Shown: piece by piece, positions 23,640 to 33,466 of the stretch | Layout: the number at the start of each line of letters is the position of its first letter | Position numbering within the stretch: position 1 is the stretch's first letter | Source of the DNA: Polaromonas sp. | GTDB lineage: Bacteria > Pseudomonadota > Gammaproteobacteria > Burkholderiales > Burkholderiaceae_C | NCBI GenBank assembly: GCA_031396485.1 | Contig: JANNKV010000067.1 | Span: 11,493 to 75,492 of the forward strand | DNA length: 64,000 nt | Direction of reading: 5' to 3' | Program-made: the position numbers and the translations under genes | The notes under the pieces: generated by a model | What the model was told of the DNA's origin: nothing | The model's database searches: none | The model's input: only the letters and a program-made list of their open reading frames with translations

Positions 23640-23983
23640 CGTTGCGGGTACAGTCACGGCCCGCTCATCCAGTCGGCCTGGCCATCGCTGCTGTGCGCCA
23701 GCTTCGCATGCACGGCAATCAGTCGTGGCCTACCCGGGGTGACAGCTCCAGCCGGCGGTATTTTCAGCGCATGATTCCATTTCTAGATCATTCGTAAACG
23801 CGAAGGCGAAGCGCAGACAGTACAGACGTACGGCCAGCGAAGACTACAAAGTGCACGGATGATTTAGAAATGGAATGACACGGTCTTTCCACGCTTGCCA
23901 GTGCATGATGCGCGCTGGCTCTGCATTTTTTGCGGTGGCGCTGTCGGTCTTGTGCAGCACGCCTGCCCTTTTTTGAAAGCAAT

Positions 23984-24874
23984 ATGCCCCGGCTGCGTCT
24001 GACGGTTCTGGTCTCGCTGGCCATGCTCGCCTTTGCCGGCAATTCGCTGCTGTGCCGGATGGCGCTGAAGCACACCGCTATCGACGCAGCCAGCTTCACG
24101 GCTGTCCGCCTGGTGTCAGGCGCGTGCATGCTCTGGCTGGTGGTGCAGCTGACCCGTGGCGGGGCTTCGTCCGGACCGAAAGGCAGGCCGGTGCCGGGCA
24201 ACTGGCTGTCGGCCGGCGCACTCTTTGTGTACGCGGCGGGCTTTTCGTTTGCCTACGTCAGCATGTCGGCCGCGACAGGCGCGCTGCTGCTTTTTTGTTC
24301 TGTACAGGCCACGATGATCGGCTACGGCATCTGGCGCGGCGAGCGCCTGCGCAAACTGCAGTGGGTCGGTATCGCCCTGGCGCTGGCGGGCCTTGTGACG
24401 CTGATGCTGCCGGGGCTGGCAGCGCCTTCCCCGCTGGCCGCGCTGTCGATGGTGAGTGCGGGTGCGGCCTGGGGCGTTTACTCACTGCGCGGAAAAGGCG
24501 CGCCCAACCCGCAGCAGAACCACCCGACCGAAGTGACTGCGGGCAACTTTCTACGCACCGTGCCAATGGCTTTGGCTCTGGCCCTCGCGCTGGCGCTGAT
24601 CACGGCCAACGGCTTGAGGCTCGACCCTGCGGGCATGGGCTATGCCGCGGTATCAGGCGCGCTGGCGTCCGGTCTGGGCTACGCGGTTTGGTACCAGGCC
24701 TTGCCTGCGCTAAAGGCAACGCAGGCGGCCACCGTGCAACTGAGTGTGCCGGTGATTGCCGCGTTAGGTGGCGTGTTGTTAATCGGCGAGGCCTTGACCG
24801 GCCCGCTGGTGCTGGCTTCCTTCGCCATTTTGGGTGGCATCGCGCTGGTGATCGTGCAGAAAAAGTCTGCCTGA
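23984..24874 (+). CDS. EamA/DMT-family transporter
   Basis: About 10 TM helices. LAFAGNSLLCRMAL start and duplicated EamA-like halves. Start trimmed to MPRLRL. Confidence 0.8.
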   Translation: MPRLRLTVLVSLAMLAFAGNSLLCRMALKHTAIDAASFTAVRLVSGACMLWLVVQLTRGGASSGPKGRPVPGNWLSAGALFVYAAGFSFAYVSMSAATGALLLFCSVQATMIGYGIWRGERLRKLQWVGIALALAGLVTLMLPGLAAPSPLAALSMVSAGAAWGVYSLRGKGAPNPQQNHPTEVTAGNFLRTVPMALALALALALITANGLRLDPAGMGYAAVSGALASGLGYAVWYQALPALKATQAATVQLSVPVIAALGGVLLIGEALTGPLVLASFAILGGIALVIVQKKSA

Positions 24875-24923
24875 AACAACTGCCTGAAACAACTTCTTTC
24901 CGGGGCCGCCTGTAAGAGTTCCG

Positions 24924-26348
24924 GTGCTGCCACGACCCACAGGCAGCATGAACCGGCCCATTTCATTACCGATCGAGCCGGCGCTGGCAGCCACGCCGGT
25001 GCCTTTACATTCACCTTTGTTGCAAGCCGACCGTCTGGCGAGCCTTGCCACGCGCATGCAACGCACCGGGCAATGGGGCCCCGGCCAACTCGCCGGCCGC
25101 CGCTGGGCGATGGGTTGTGTGTCGCTGGAAATTACCCAGCGCTGTAACCTCGATTGCACACTTTGCTACCTGTCTGAAAGCGCCGAAGTGGTGCGTGATG
25201 TACCGCTGCAGGAACTGTTTCGCCGCATCGATGAAATTGCCTTGCAGTACGGACCTGACACCGACGTGCAGATTTCAGGCGGCGACCCGACTCTGCGCGA
25301 AAAAAACGAGTTGTCAGAAATCGTGCGTCACATCCGGGCGCGTGGCATGCGTTCCTCGCTTTTCACCAACGGCATTTTGCTGACCCGCGCCTGGCTGCAA
25401 AGTCTGGCCGCCGATGGCCTGAACGATGTAGCTTTTCATGTCGACCTGAGCCAGCAGCGGCAAGGGTACGACAGCGAATCGGCCTTGAATGCGCTGCGCC
25501 TGCGCTACATCGACATGGTGCGCGGCTTGCCGCTGTCTGTCATTTTCAACACCACCGTGTTCGCCGCCAACGTGCATGAAATACCCACGCTGGCGCAGTT
25601 TTTTGTACAGCACAACGACGTAGTGCGCTTTGCCTCATTTCAGTTGGGTGCAGACACCGGACGCGGCGTTGCCCCGGGGCGCGACGTGCTGGCGATCACC
25701 CAGGAATCGATATGCACGGCCATTGCGCAAGGCGCGGGCATCTCTCTTAATTTCGATGCGCTTCAAAGCGGCCACCGTAGCTGCAACCGCTATGCCATGG
25801 CATGGAGCATCGGCAGCCACGTGTTCGATGGACTTGCTGATGGTGATTTTGCAGCCCGCGTAATGCGAGACACAGCCGACGTCAGGCTGCCCCGGGGTCA
25901 GGCGCTGGAAGGCGTTTGGGCTCTGGCAAGGGCAGTGCTGCGCAGAAAAAATTTGCTCGGCGGCTTCGCAAGGCTTGCGCTGCCGCTGCTGTGGCGCGCG
26001 CGTGGGCAATGGTTCAGCGGCGGCCGCGTGATACCGCCGATACGCAAGGTATCTTTTTTCGTCCACAGCTTCATGGACGCGTGCCAGCTGGATGCCGAAC
26101 GGCTCGATGCGTGCGTGTTCATGGCAGCAACGGCCGAAGGCCCGATGTCAATGTGCGCGTACAACGCCGAGCGGGAACGCATCTTGCGCAAACCAGTGAT
26201 GCTGGCCAATGGCGAGACCTGGCAGCCGCTGGCCGTGGCACCCGACGTCAATGGCGAGATCAAAATCCCGCTGAAGTGGCTGAAGGGCAAGCCGCGCGAA
26301 GTGGCGATGCGCAAGCACAGACCGGAAGGCGCACAGACGGAGCCATAA
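24924..26348 (+). CDS. radical SAM protein
   Basis: EITQRCNLDCTLCYLSE is the CxxxCxxC motif, and ISGGDPTL is the glycine-rich SAM motif. Start uncertain (24924 or 24948). Confidence 0.8.
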   Translation: MLPRPTGSMNRPISLPIEPALAATPVPLHSPLLQADRLASLATRMQRTGQWGPGQLAGRRWAMGCVSLEITQRCNLDCTLCYLSESAEVVRDVPLQELFRRIDEIALQYGPDTDVQISGGDPTLREKNELSEIVRHIRARGMRSSLFTNGILLTRAWLQSLAADGLNDVAFHVDLSQQRQGYDSESALNALRLRYIDMVRGLPLSVIFNTTVFAANVHEIPTLAQFFVQHNDVVRFASFQLGADTGRGVAPGRDVLAITQESICTAIAQGAGISLNFDALQSGHRSCNRYAMAWSIGSHVFDGLADGDFAARVMRDTADVRLPRGQALEGVWALARAVLRRKNLLGGFARLALPLLWRARGQWFSGGRVIPPIRKVSFFVHSFMDACQLDAERLDACVFMAATAEGPMSMCAYNAERERILRKPVMLANGETWQPLAVAPDVNGEIKIPLKWLKGKPREVAMRKHRPEGAQTEP

Positions 26349-26354
26349 CCCGAC

Positions 26355-27233
26355 ATGGATTCACTCGCCTCGTTGACCCGGCCATCCCTTCGCTGCGTTG
26401 CCCGGCCAGGGCGTAACGGCCTGCGTCCTGTTCTGCAGATAGTCATGCTGATGGCCTTCATGTTTCTGCTCAGCGCCTGCAGCACCATCGTCAAGCCCAG
26501 CCTGCGAGACGCACCGCCGCTTTCCCTGGCGCAGGCCGAGCGCGGTTACGCTGCTGTATTGCAGCGTCATGTGAATGATCTGGGGGAAGTAAATTTCGCG
26601 GCCCTGCGCGATGACAAAAGCAGCAATAGCAGCAGCGGACTTCGGGCGCTCGAAGCCTACGTGCAGGCCATCGGCGCAACGCCGCTGAACGCCGGCCCCA
26701 GCCCGCAGGCAAATCTGGCCCACATGATCAATGCCTACAACGCACTGTCGATGTACAACGTGATTGCGTCCGGCATTCCGGCCACGCACGCCGGTTGGGC
26801 AAAAGTGAAGTTCTTTGTTCTGCGCAAGTTCGAGATTGGCGGCACCCACTTGTCGCTGTACGCCTTTGAAAATGACATCATCCGCAAACTGAACGAACCC
26901 CGCATTCACTTCGCACTCAACTGCTCGGCGGTTTCGTGCCCGGTTTTGCCGCGCACGCCTTTCAGTGCTGACAAGCTTGATGAGGAACTTGAACGCGAGA
27001 CCCGCGCATTTTTTGCTCGCCCGGAAAACCTGCGTATTGAGCCCGGCCAGCGCACGGTCTATTTCAACGAAATTCTCAAGTTCTACACCGAAGACTTTAC
27101 GCCGGCCCACGCACCCAGCCTCATCGCTTATGCACAGCGTTACACGGCATCGGTGATTCCTTTGGACTACCAAGTGGCCTTCACGCCTTATGACTGGACG
27201 GTGGCAGACAGTCGTCGCAGACGGCCGCCCTAG
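26355..27233 (+). CDS. DUF547-domain protein
   Basis: INAYNALSMYNV...RIHFALNCSAVSCPVL...FNEILKFYTEDF is the DUF547 pattern. N-terminal lipoprotein-like signal (LLSAC). Confidence 0.75.
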   Translation: MDSLASLTRPSLRCVARPGRNGLRPVLQIVMLMAFMFLLSACSTIVKPSLRDAPPLSLAQAERGYAAVLQRHVNDLGEVNFAALRDDKSSNSSSGLRALEAYVQAIGATPLNAGPSPQANLAHMINAYNALSMYNVIASGIPATHAGWAKVKFFVLRKFEIGGTHLSLYAFENDIIRKLNEPRIHFALNCSAVSCPVLPRTPFSADKLDEELERETRAFFARPENLRIEPGQRTVYFNEILKFYTEDFTPAHAPSLIAYAQRYTASVIPLDYQVAFTPYDWTVADSRRRRPP

Positions 27234-27240
27234 GCGGTAA

Positions 27241-27702
27241 TCAGAGCCAGCGCCGCACGCGCGCCCGGTAGCTGGCGAATTCAGCACCGAAGCGGGTGGC
27301 CAGCACGCGCTCTTCGGGCCTGATCTGAAAACGCGTGATGTAGGCGGCAAACGCCAGCGGTCCGATCAGCGCCCAGGGTGACGCCAGATACACCGCCCAG
27401 GCCAGCAGGATAAACGCCATGCCGACATACATCGGGTTGCGCGTGATGCGGTAGATGCCCGAGCTGACAAGCGCTGCTGATTTTTCAGGCTTCATCGGGT
27501 TGACGGTGGTTTTTGCGCGCCGGAAAGCGATGATGCCGGCCACGTCGAACGCCGCACCGATGGCTGCAATTGCCAGCGCGGCGCCCAGCCGCCAGCCGGG
27601 TGGCACAGCTTCCAGCACGCCGTAGCGGGAGCCCCACCACATCGCACCGGCGACCAGCAAGCCGACCGCAGGCGGTGGAATTTTCAGTTCGAGCGATAGC
27701 AT
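27241..27702 (-). CDS. isoprenylcysteine carboxyl methyltransferase (ICMT/PEMT)-family membrane methyltransferase
   Basis: SGIYRITRNPMYVGMAFILLAWAVYL and EERVLATRFGAEFASY are hallmark ICMT-family motifs. Confidence 0.8.
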   Translation of the reverse strand: MLSLELKIPPPAVGLLVAGAMWWGSRYGVLEAVPPGWRLGAALAIAAIGAAFDVAGIIAFRRAKTTVNPMKPEKSAALVSSGIYRITRNPMYVGMAFILLAWAVYLASPWALIGPLAFAAYITRFQIRPEERVLATRFGAEFASYRARVRRWL

Positions 27703-27715
27703 GTCGGGACAGCCT

Positions 27716-28147
27716 TCAAGGCTTCACGGGGACCACCGCTGTGCCCTGCAAAGCCACCAGCTTCCAGCCCAACGCGTTGTGTTCTGTATCGTGTTCCCAC
27801 ACGGCCAGATACGAATTGGCCACCTCGCGCCGGCTGCCGCCGCCCACCACGGTCGCGAGCATGCGTGCATGTACCAGGCCGACGCGGCCATCACCGCCGA
27901 TGAGCCGGAATTCGGGCGTCAGGAACTCGACCTTTTCGTAATGCAGCGCGCCGCTGGCCATCCGTGCCAGATAGCTTTGCCGCGTGTCGCGGGCGCCGGT
28001 TGAGTGCTGGTAGACCAGTGCATCAGACAACAAGGCGCCGAGCGCGTCGAGGTCGTTGTTCTGCATCGCCTGGAGCCGCGCGGCTTCGGCTGCGCGCAGG
28101 CCGTCTTCGCTTGGCGAGTCAAGTGGGTTCATGAAGCTATTGTGCAA
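27716..28147 (-). CDS. SnoaL/NTF2-like (DUF4440) protein
   Basis: QAMQNNDLDALGALLSDALVYQHSTG... is typical of the DUF4440 NTF2 fold. Confidence 0.65.
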   Translation of the reverse strand: MHNSFMNPLDSPSEDGLRAAEAARLQAMQNNDLDALGALLSDALVYQHSTGARDTRQSYLARMASGALHYEKVEFLTPEFRLIGGDGRVGLVHARMLATVVGGGSRREVANSYLAVWEHDTEHNALGWKLVALQGTAVVPVKP

Positions 28148-28350
28148 TCAGAACCGGGTGTCATCGGCGGCGACCGTATTGACCAGCACACCGATCTTGC
28201 CGACTTCAATTTCCGCCCGGTAGCCCGTCTTCAACCACACCGGCGTCAAACCGCCATCTCAGCCGATAAAACAGCCGATAAACCAGCCGGTACAACAGTG
28301 CCGGGATCTTGCAGCAGACACGATCGGCCATAGCGCCGCGGCCCGAAAAG

Positions 28351-28396
28351 AAAAAAGCCAGGCAGTCCAGCCCTCGACGGAGCTGAACTGCCTGGC
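28351..28396 (-). terminator. probable rho-independent terminator (minus strand)
   Basis: On the minus strand: GCCAGGCAGT...ACTGCCTGGC stem (10 bp, ~20-nt loop) followed by TTTTTT. Lies about 50 nt downstream of the 28448 stop. Confidence 0.5.
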
Positions 28397-28447
28397 CGGC
28401 TTTCGAGACGGTCAGGGCGCTGGAAAAGCGCCCTGGCCCCGATTTAT

Positions 28448-29035
28448 CTAGCCGCGCGGGTTGATCAAACGCTCGACCTGGTCACGCAGCGTACCCAGCT
28501 CATTGCGAAGCTGGCGGCGCTCCTGCTGTGTCACGACGCCATCGGATTTGTAGGCGGCTTCATGGCGTTCGATGGCACGGTTCTGGCGGCGCAGCATGCG
28601 GGCTTCACGCTCGCTGATACGGCCGCTGCGCAGGCCTTCATCAATACGCTGGCCGATGTCGGACTGCATGTTGTCAATGCCCGGGGTCGATGAGCCCTGG
28701 CGAACCACATCACGGTTGGCCATCATGCGCTCCACCTCGGCGCTCAACTCGGCCACGTCAGCGCGCAACTGCTGGCGCTCTTGTGGCGTGGCACGGCCAT
28801 CGGACTTGAAGCGGGCTTCGCGAACTTCGATTTCGCGGTCACGGCGCAGCAACATTTGCGCCTCAGACGGGGTGATGTGGCCCGACTGCATGCCTTGCTG
28901 GATGCGGGCATTGATGGCCTGCTGGGTGTTGTCGATGCCCGGTGTATGGGTGTTTTGCGCCATGGCCGGCGCTGCTGCCAGCCCGGCGAAGAGGGCCGAC
29001 GCCAGCAGTGTGCCGGTAAAGAGTTTCGATTTCAT
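28448..29035 (-). CDS. secreted protein with internal two-fold repeat
   Basis: Signal peptide ending AMAQ. Two units of about 75 aa: TPGIDN-Q--I--RI--G--SG-I---EA--L-R----IE--EA--KSDG--T-QER-QLR. Confidence 0.6.
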   Translation of the reverse strand: MKSKLFTGTLLASALFAGLAAAPAMAQNTHTPGIDNTQQAINARIQQGMQSGHITPSEAQMLLRRDREIEVREARFKSDGRATPQERQQLRADVAELSAEVERMMANRDVVRQGSSTPGIDNMQSDIGQRIDEGLRSGRISEREARMLRRQNRAIERHEAAYKSDGVVTQQERRQLRNELGTLRDQVERLINPRG

Positions 29036-29310
29036 CAGAGTCTCCTGTTATGACAATAAAGGCCAGCAGAGTCGCCTACCGCATGCGGTGTCAAGACTGC
29101 TCCTGCATCGCCGCTCATGCAGAGAAACCTGGAGGCTTGGTTCCGCGTTTCTCTAAGGCTTTTTGCGATTCAGTGCAGCCATTGTTCGCTTGCATTTGTC
29201 AACGCCGTGTCATCCAAACCGACATTTACCCGGTATTTACCGCGCAAATGCAATGGTGTCGAAATGCGCCTGGCGCTGAAAACTTCAAAGCGCTGGTCAA
29301 CTGGGATAAC

Positions 29311-29375
29311 GCTACGTTTTTAATAGCTGCTTGCGCAGGTAATACCTGGGCTGGAGGCCTGTTTGCCTTGAAAAC
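29311..29375 (+). repeat. intergenic repeat family, copy 10
   Basis: GCTACGTTTTTAATAGCTGCTTGCGCAGGTAATACCTGGGCTGGAGGCC. Confidence 0.85.
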
Positions 29376-29432
29376 GAGCCAAAAGTACCCCGGGCCGGCC
29401 TGTTCTGCGGCCCGACGGTTGCCGCTCGCCGA

Positions 29433-30038
29433 TCAGCTTCCGGTCAAGGCCTGATAGGCCGCGCGCGTCTCGGGCGCCACTGCCGCCAGCACCTGCTCGT
29501 GCGAGGTCTGGTGGCGCGCCAGCAGTCGGGCAGAAGCGACTGTTTTTGAGTTGCAAAACCAGTGGCAGGTGTGCTGGATCAAAAACAGTTCCGCAGACAG
29601 CGTGAAGGCTTTCTGCTTGAGTGTCCGGTGCATCGGGTTGGTGGCTGCCTGCGTGAGCGCCTGTGCGTGCATGGCGATCGCCTGGCGCGCGTCGAACGTG
29701 GCTTGCGGAAACACGCTGGCGGCGTACGGAATGGGCAGCGCCAGCGTGCTGACCCGGGTCTCGGCCGGATCAAGCCGCGAAAACTCGGCGCTGAATTTGC
29801 TGAACTGCTGGCACAGCTGCGCTTCTGCGGCGTCGAGGTGGCGCCAGATCTGTTCGCGGCGCAGCGGCTCGCTCTCACCCAGGGCACGCAGGTAGCCAGT
29901 GGCCAGCGTTTCCATCAATTTTTCGATCTGGTAGTGGCCGAGATGACGACCCAGCAACGCAATGCGTTTGCGTTGCTCGCTCTTTTTGAGCAACAAAAAG
30001 CCAACGGCCACCAGAATGACGAGGGGAAGAATATCCAT
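29433..30038 (-). CDS. hypothetical N-terminally membrane-anchored protein
   Basis: 201 aa. One N-terminal TM helix (ILPLVILVAVGFLLL). No family recognised. Confidence 0.5.
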   Translation of the reverse strand: MDILPLVILVAVGFLLLKKSEQRKRIALLGRHLGHYQIEKLMETLATGYLRALGESEPLRREQIWRHLDAAEAQLCQQFSKFSAEFSRLDPAETRVSTLALPIPYAASVFPQATFDARQAIAMHAQALTQAATNPMHRTLKQKAFTLSAELFLIQHTCHWFCNSKTVASARLLARHQTSHEQVLAAVAPETRAAYQALTGS

Positions 30039-30179
30039 CGATAGTTTTGTTTTTGATATGAACGGTCAAGCTCTGGAGGGAGATCAGGATGTCAACCTGG
30101 GTGGTATCAGGTCTGGTATCTGGTCAAGCGCTGGTTTTTTCGGCAAGGCCGGCACACGCATCACCGCAGGTAGCCGCGT

Positions 30180-30779
30180 TCAAGGCACTTTGACGGGCGC
30201 CGCTTCGACGACGAGGTAGCGCCGCACCAGCTCGAAGAAGCGGTCATAAAACGCCTCGGACGCAATCGTCTCGCTGCCCACCCGCACCATCGAATCGCTG
30301 CTGGAACTGAAAGGCAAAGACACCGAGCCAAACGCGCCCACACCAAGGCTGGCGGAATTGTTGCTTTTCTTCAGCGCATATTGGTCTTGCAGGGCCGTGA
30401 CAAACGCGAGGCTGACTTTGGCGTCCGTGCCGTCGGACACTTTGGGGCCGTCGGGCGCGCACACCACCCTTATTTCCATGCGCAGGTGCGCCTCGGCGTC
30501 GGGCTGAAAGCTTTTTCGGCCCTCGACCAGGTCACTGCTGGCGGTGTTGATGATGTAACCCTGGCTGAGCAAGGCACGCCGGGCCGCCTCGCAGGTTTGC
30601 GCGGCCGACGCGTCAAACAGACGCGAGTAGGTGTTCGCCGATCCAAATTGCTCCTGCGACGGAAAAACTCTCACGGGTGCCGCGCACCCGGCCACGATGC
30701 CCAGCGCGCTGACCGATGCCAGCACACAGGCAGCGGCCCGACAGCGGGCGCGAACCGGCGCCAAAAACAATGCATTCAT
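30180..30779 (-). CDS. putative lipoprotein (DUF2242-like)
   Basis: Start trimmed to MNALFLAP. Lipobox IVAGCA. The family assignment is from memory only. Confidence 0.5.
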   Translation of the reverse strand: MNALFLAPVRARCRAAACVLASVSALGIVAGCAAPVRVFPSQEQFGSANTYSRLFDASAAQTCEAARRALLSQGYIINTASSDLVEGRKSFQPDAEAHLRMEIRVVCAPDGPKVSDGTDAKVSLAFVTALQDQYALKKSNNSASLGVGAFGSVSLPFSSSSDSMVRVGSETIASEAFYDRFFELVRRYLVVEAAPVKVP

Positions 30780-31238
30780 CAACGACCAACCGTATTTTTC
30801 AAGTGACTCAAACAACAGCAAAAATATAAGCAAAAAGACAAGGAAAATCCGGCGCGCACGGCACCGGATTTCCCGGCTCATTTTTTGTCTGTAGCGGTGC
30901 ACCGCAGACTGACCACGTCGAAGGTTCGTCAGCTGTGGGTACAGTGGAAGTCAGCGTATCACAGCGCGTTGATGCCAATGGAAAGGCAATAGCGAAAACC
31001 CCGGATCCCGGCCGGAGGGGCCGCGGCGGCCCCGCGCAGGCCGTGAAGCAGTGAAAAACCGCCAATTTGAAGACAGATCGACCTGTAGCCCATACAAATC
31101 ATGCGCGAGCCGCTATCATAATAATAGCTATGACGACAACAAAAGTCACAGCGCTTGCAACCGGACCGGCTCCAGAGCGCTGGCATTGAGCGGTCAACCC
31201 GCAGGCGCAACCGCCTGCAGGTGATCCCCTTGTCCCGG

Positions 31239-32987
31239 CTACGGTTTGGGTGTTGTGGCGCCTGACCTCAATGGGGTCCGCTGCTCGAAGCGCTGCTTCC
31301 ACTGCGGCACGCGGGCCGCCATCACGCGCTCGACGTTGTCGCGGTTTTTTTGCTTCATGTCGGCGCTCATCACGAAGCCCGCGCGGCCGGTGCCCTGCAC
31401 GCTCATCACCGGCATGGCGTTTTCTTCGGCCTCGACCTGGCGGGTCACGTCAGCCGATCCGCTGGCCGCACCGCGCAGGGTGGGGCCCAGCGCCAGATGC
31501 GAGAAGACATCGGTGCGGTTGGTTATGTCGGTGCCGGCCGTGGTCTTGACAAAAAACGGCACGAAGATTGGCCCGATGCTGACCAGCCCCTGGTAGTCAC
31601 CGACAAATAGGCCTCGCGCTTCGGGCGCCTTGCTCATGTCGAACGGTTTGGAGACGCGACTTTCGCGCCAGCTCAGGCCGTCACGCGAGCGGGTCAACCA
31701 GATGTCGGTCAGCAAGGTGGCCCGGTCGGCGGTATTGCTGCGCAAGTCGTAGTAGCTCACGCCGACGGTCCCGTCTTTTCGTACATGCACGCTGGGCGTG
31801 AAGGCCTGCACCAGTGGGTCGCGGTTGATCTGCACCGGCTCGCTCCAGGTCTGGCCGCGGTCGCTCGATTGCGACACCACGATGCCCTCGACCGCGCCGC
31901 TCGAAAAGCGCGAGTCTTGCCACACCACGGTGATGACGCCTTTGCGGCTGATGGCGAGCTGCGCGAGGATTGATCCATCGCGGATCGCGGCACCGGTCTC
32001 AGGGTCTGTCGCGCCCTGTGAAAACACGTCTGCGACCTTGGTCGGCCCCGACCAGGTCGCGCCCTTGTCGTCGGACAAAATCACCTCCAGCGTCACGTCG
32101 TTGGTGAGGAAATCGATCTTCGTCAGCAAGTTGACCAGCCGGCCGTCAGGCAGCACCTCAATGCGCGCGCCTATGGTTTGCGCGTCCAGCCCCGGGTCAT
32201 AAATGATGCGGGTCGGCTCCCAGCTCAGGCCGTTGTCGGTGCTGCGGGCAAACAGCGTCGGGCCGGCGCCTTCACCGGCCACAAAACTCAGGCGGTCCCA
32301 GGTGGCGTAGACATAGCGCGAATCATTTGGGTCGGCGGTCATGGTGTTCTTGTCGTTGAAACGCTCTTCCGTGTCGGCTACCAGCACGATCGGTTTGCTC
32401 CAGGTGCGGCCGCCGTCGGTCGAGCGGCTGGCCAGCATGGCGCTGGCCGGTTTGCCTGTAATGATGGTGTCGTCGAACGACAGCGACATCTGGTGCACCA
32501 CGCCGTTGGGTGAGAAAGTCACCCACGGATCGGTGGCGCGCTCGTAGTTGCCATTGTTGGCTGCGTTGCCGCCGGCGCAGACCGAAAACGGCGGATACAC
32601 GCGCTTCCACGTCACGCCGCCGTCGAACGAATACCCGGTGCCCAGGCCGCGCGCGCCGCCGTTGGACCAGCGGTCTTGCTGCCAGACGCCGACCAGGTTC
32701 AGCGGAAAACGCGGGTTGACCGCCACGAAGGGCTCGACTTCGGCGTTCGCGTAGAGCGTTCCAATATCAGACGTGCCGCTGCAGCCCGGCTTGAAAGGCG
32801 TGTCGCCAGATGCGCGGAAGGTGAATGAATCGGTGTCGATGCGGCTACTGCTGTTGGCGCCGCGCGCCACCTCGTCGGTTTGCGCTGCCGCCAGCCCGCA
32901 CGTCATGCCGATGCCTGCGGCGAGCCCGAAGACGCGCAACGATTTTTGTAATTGACGCCTTCTCTTTCCCAGAAAAACAGTTTTCAT
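31239..32987 (-). CDS. BNR/Asp-box repeat protein (exo-alpha-sialidase-like)
   Basis: Six SxDxGxTW-type Asp boxes (SFDGGVTW, STDGGRTW, STDNGLSW, SDDKGATW, SSDRGQTW, SRDGLSW). Signal peptide. Start trimmed to MKTVFLG with a GGAGA RBS. Confidence 0.75.
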   Translation of the reverse strand: MKTVFLGKRRRQLQKSLRVFGLAAGIGMTCGLAAAQTDEVARGANSSSRIDTDSFTFRASGDTPFKPGCSGTSDIGTLYANAEVEPFVAVNPRFPLNLVGVWQQDRWSNGGARGLGTGYSFDGGVTWKRVYPPFSVCAGGNAANNGNYERATDPWVTFSPNGVVHQMSLSFDDTIITGKPASAMLASRSTDGGRTWSKPIVLVADTEERFNDKNTMTADPNDSRYVYATWDRLSFVAGEGAGPTLFARSTDNGLSWEPTRIIYDPGLDAQTIGARIEVLPDGRLVNLLTKIDFLTNDVTLEVILSDDKGATWSGPTKVADVFSQGATDPETGAAIRDGSILAQLAISRKGVITVVWQDSRFSSGAVEGIVVSQSSDRGQTWSEPVQINRDPLVQAFTPSVHVRKDGTVGVSYYDLRSNTADRATLLTDIWLTRSRDGLSWRESRVSKPFDMSKAPEARGLFVGDYQGLVSIGPIFVPFFVKTTAGTDITNRTDVFSHLALGPTLRGAASGSADVTRQVEAEENAMPVMSVQGTGRAGFVMSADMKQKNRDNVERVMAARVPQWKQRFEQRTPLRSGATTPKP

Positions 32988-33006
32988 GATGATCTCCGGT
33001 TGTTGA

Positions 33007-33167
33007 GGACCTTCCGCATAACCCTGGCGGACCTGTGGCAGGCGGATCGGGATGGGCTGCAAGGCGCCTTTTTGCAGCCAATAGCCCCGCTATTGGCAAG
33101 AAAAGCAACGCCGCAGACCGCCCGAGCCCGACTGATCACAGGCCGCACGGGGTTATGCAGAGGGTCC
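33007..33167. mobile_element. 161-bp MITE, copy 2
   Basis: GGACCTTCCGCATAACCC.../...GGGGTTATGCAGAGGGTCC termini. The central segment is identical to copy 1. Confidence 0.85.
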
Positions 33168-33338
33168 TTAAATCACTGCTAAAAAAGATTCTGCGCAATG
33201 GCCGCCTGTGATCGCCCGGGTTGATCTTTCGCCAGCGAACGCATCACGGATTTCCCCACGTCAATGGGGCCGCCACCGCAGCAGCTTCATCGGCGAGTGG
33301 TGTTTTCAAATGTTCCAGCTGTACAGCTGAAGTGACTC

Positions 33339-33405
33339 GCTATACTTTTCATAGCTGCTTGCGCGTGTTTTATCTGGGATGGGAGCCTGTTTCATTGCAA
33401 AACAG
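33339..33405 (+). repeat. intergenic repeat family, copy 11
   Basis: GCTATACTTTTCATAGCTGCTTGCGCGTGTTTTATCTGGGATGGGAGCC. Confidence 0.8.
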
Positions 33406-33466
33406 GATCTGTAGCAGTCTGTAATGACCTGCTGTGATGCCCCGCTGTGATGACCCGGCAAGCCCG

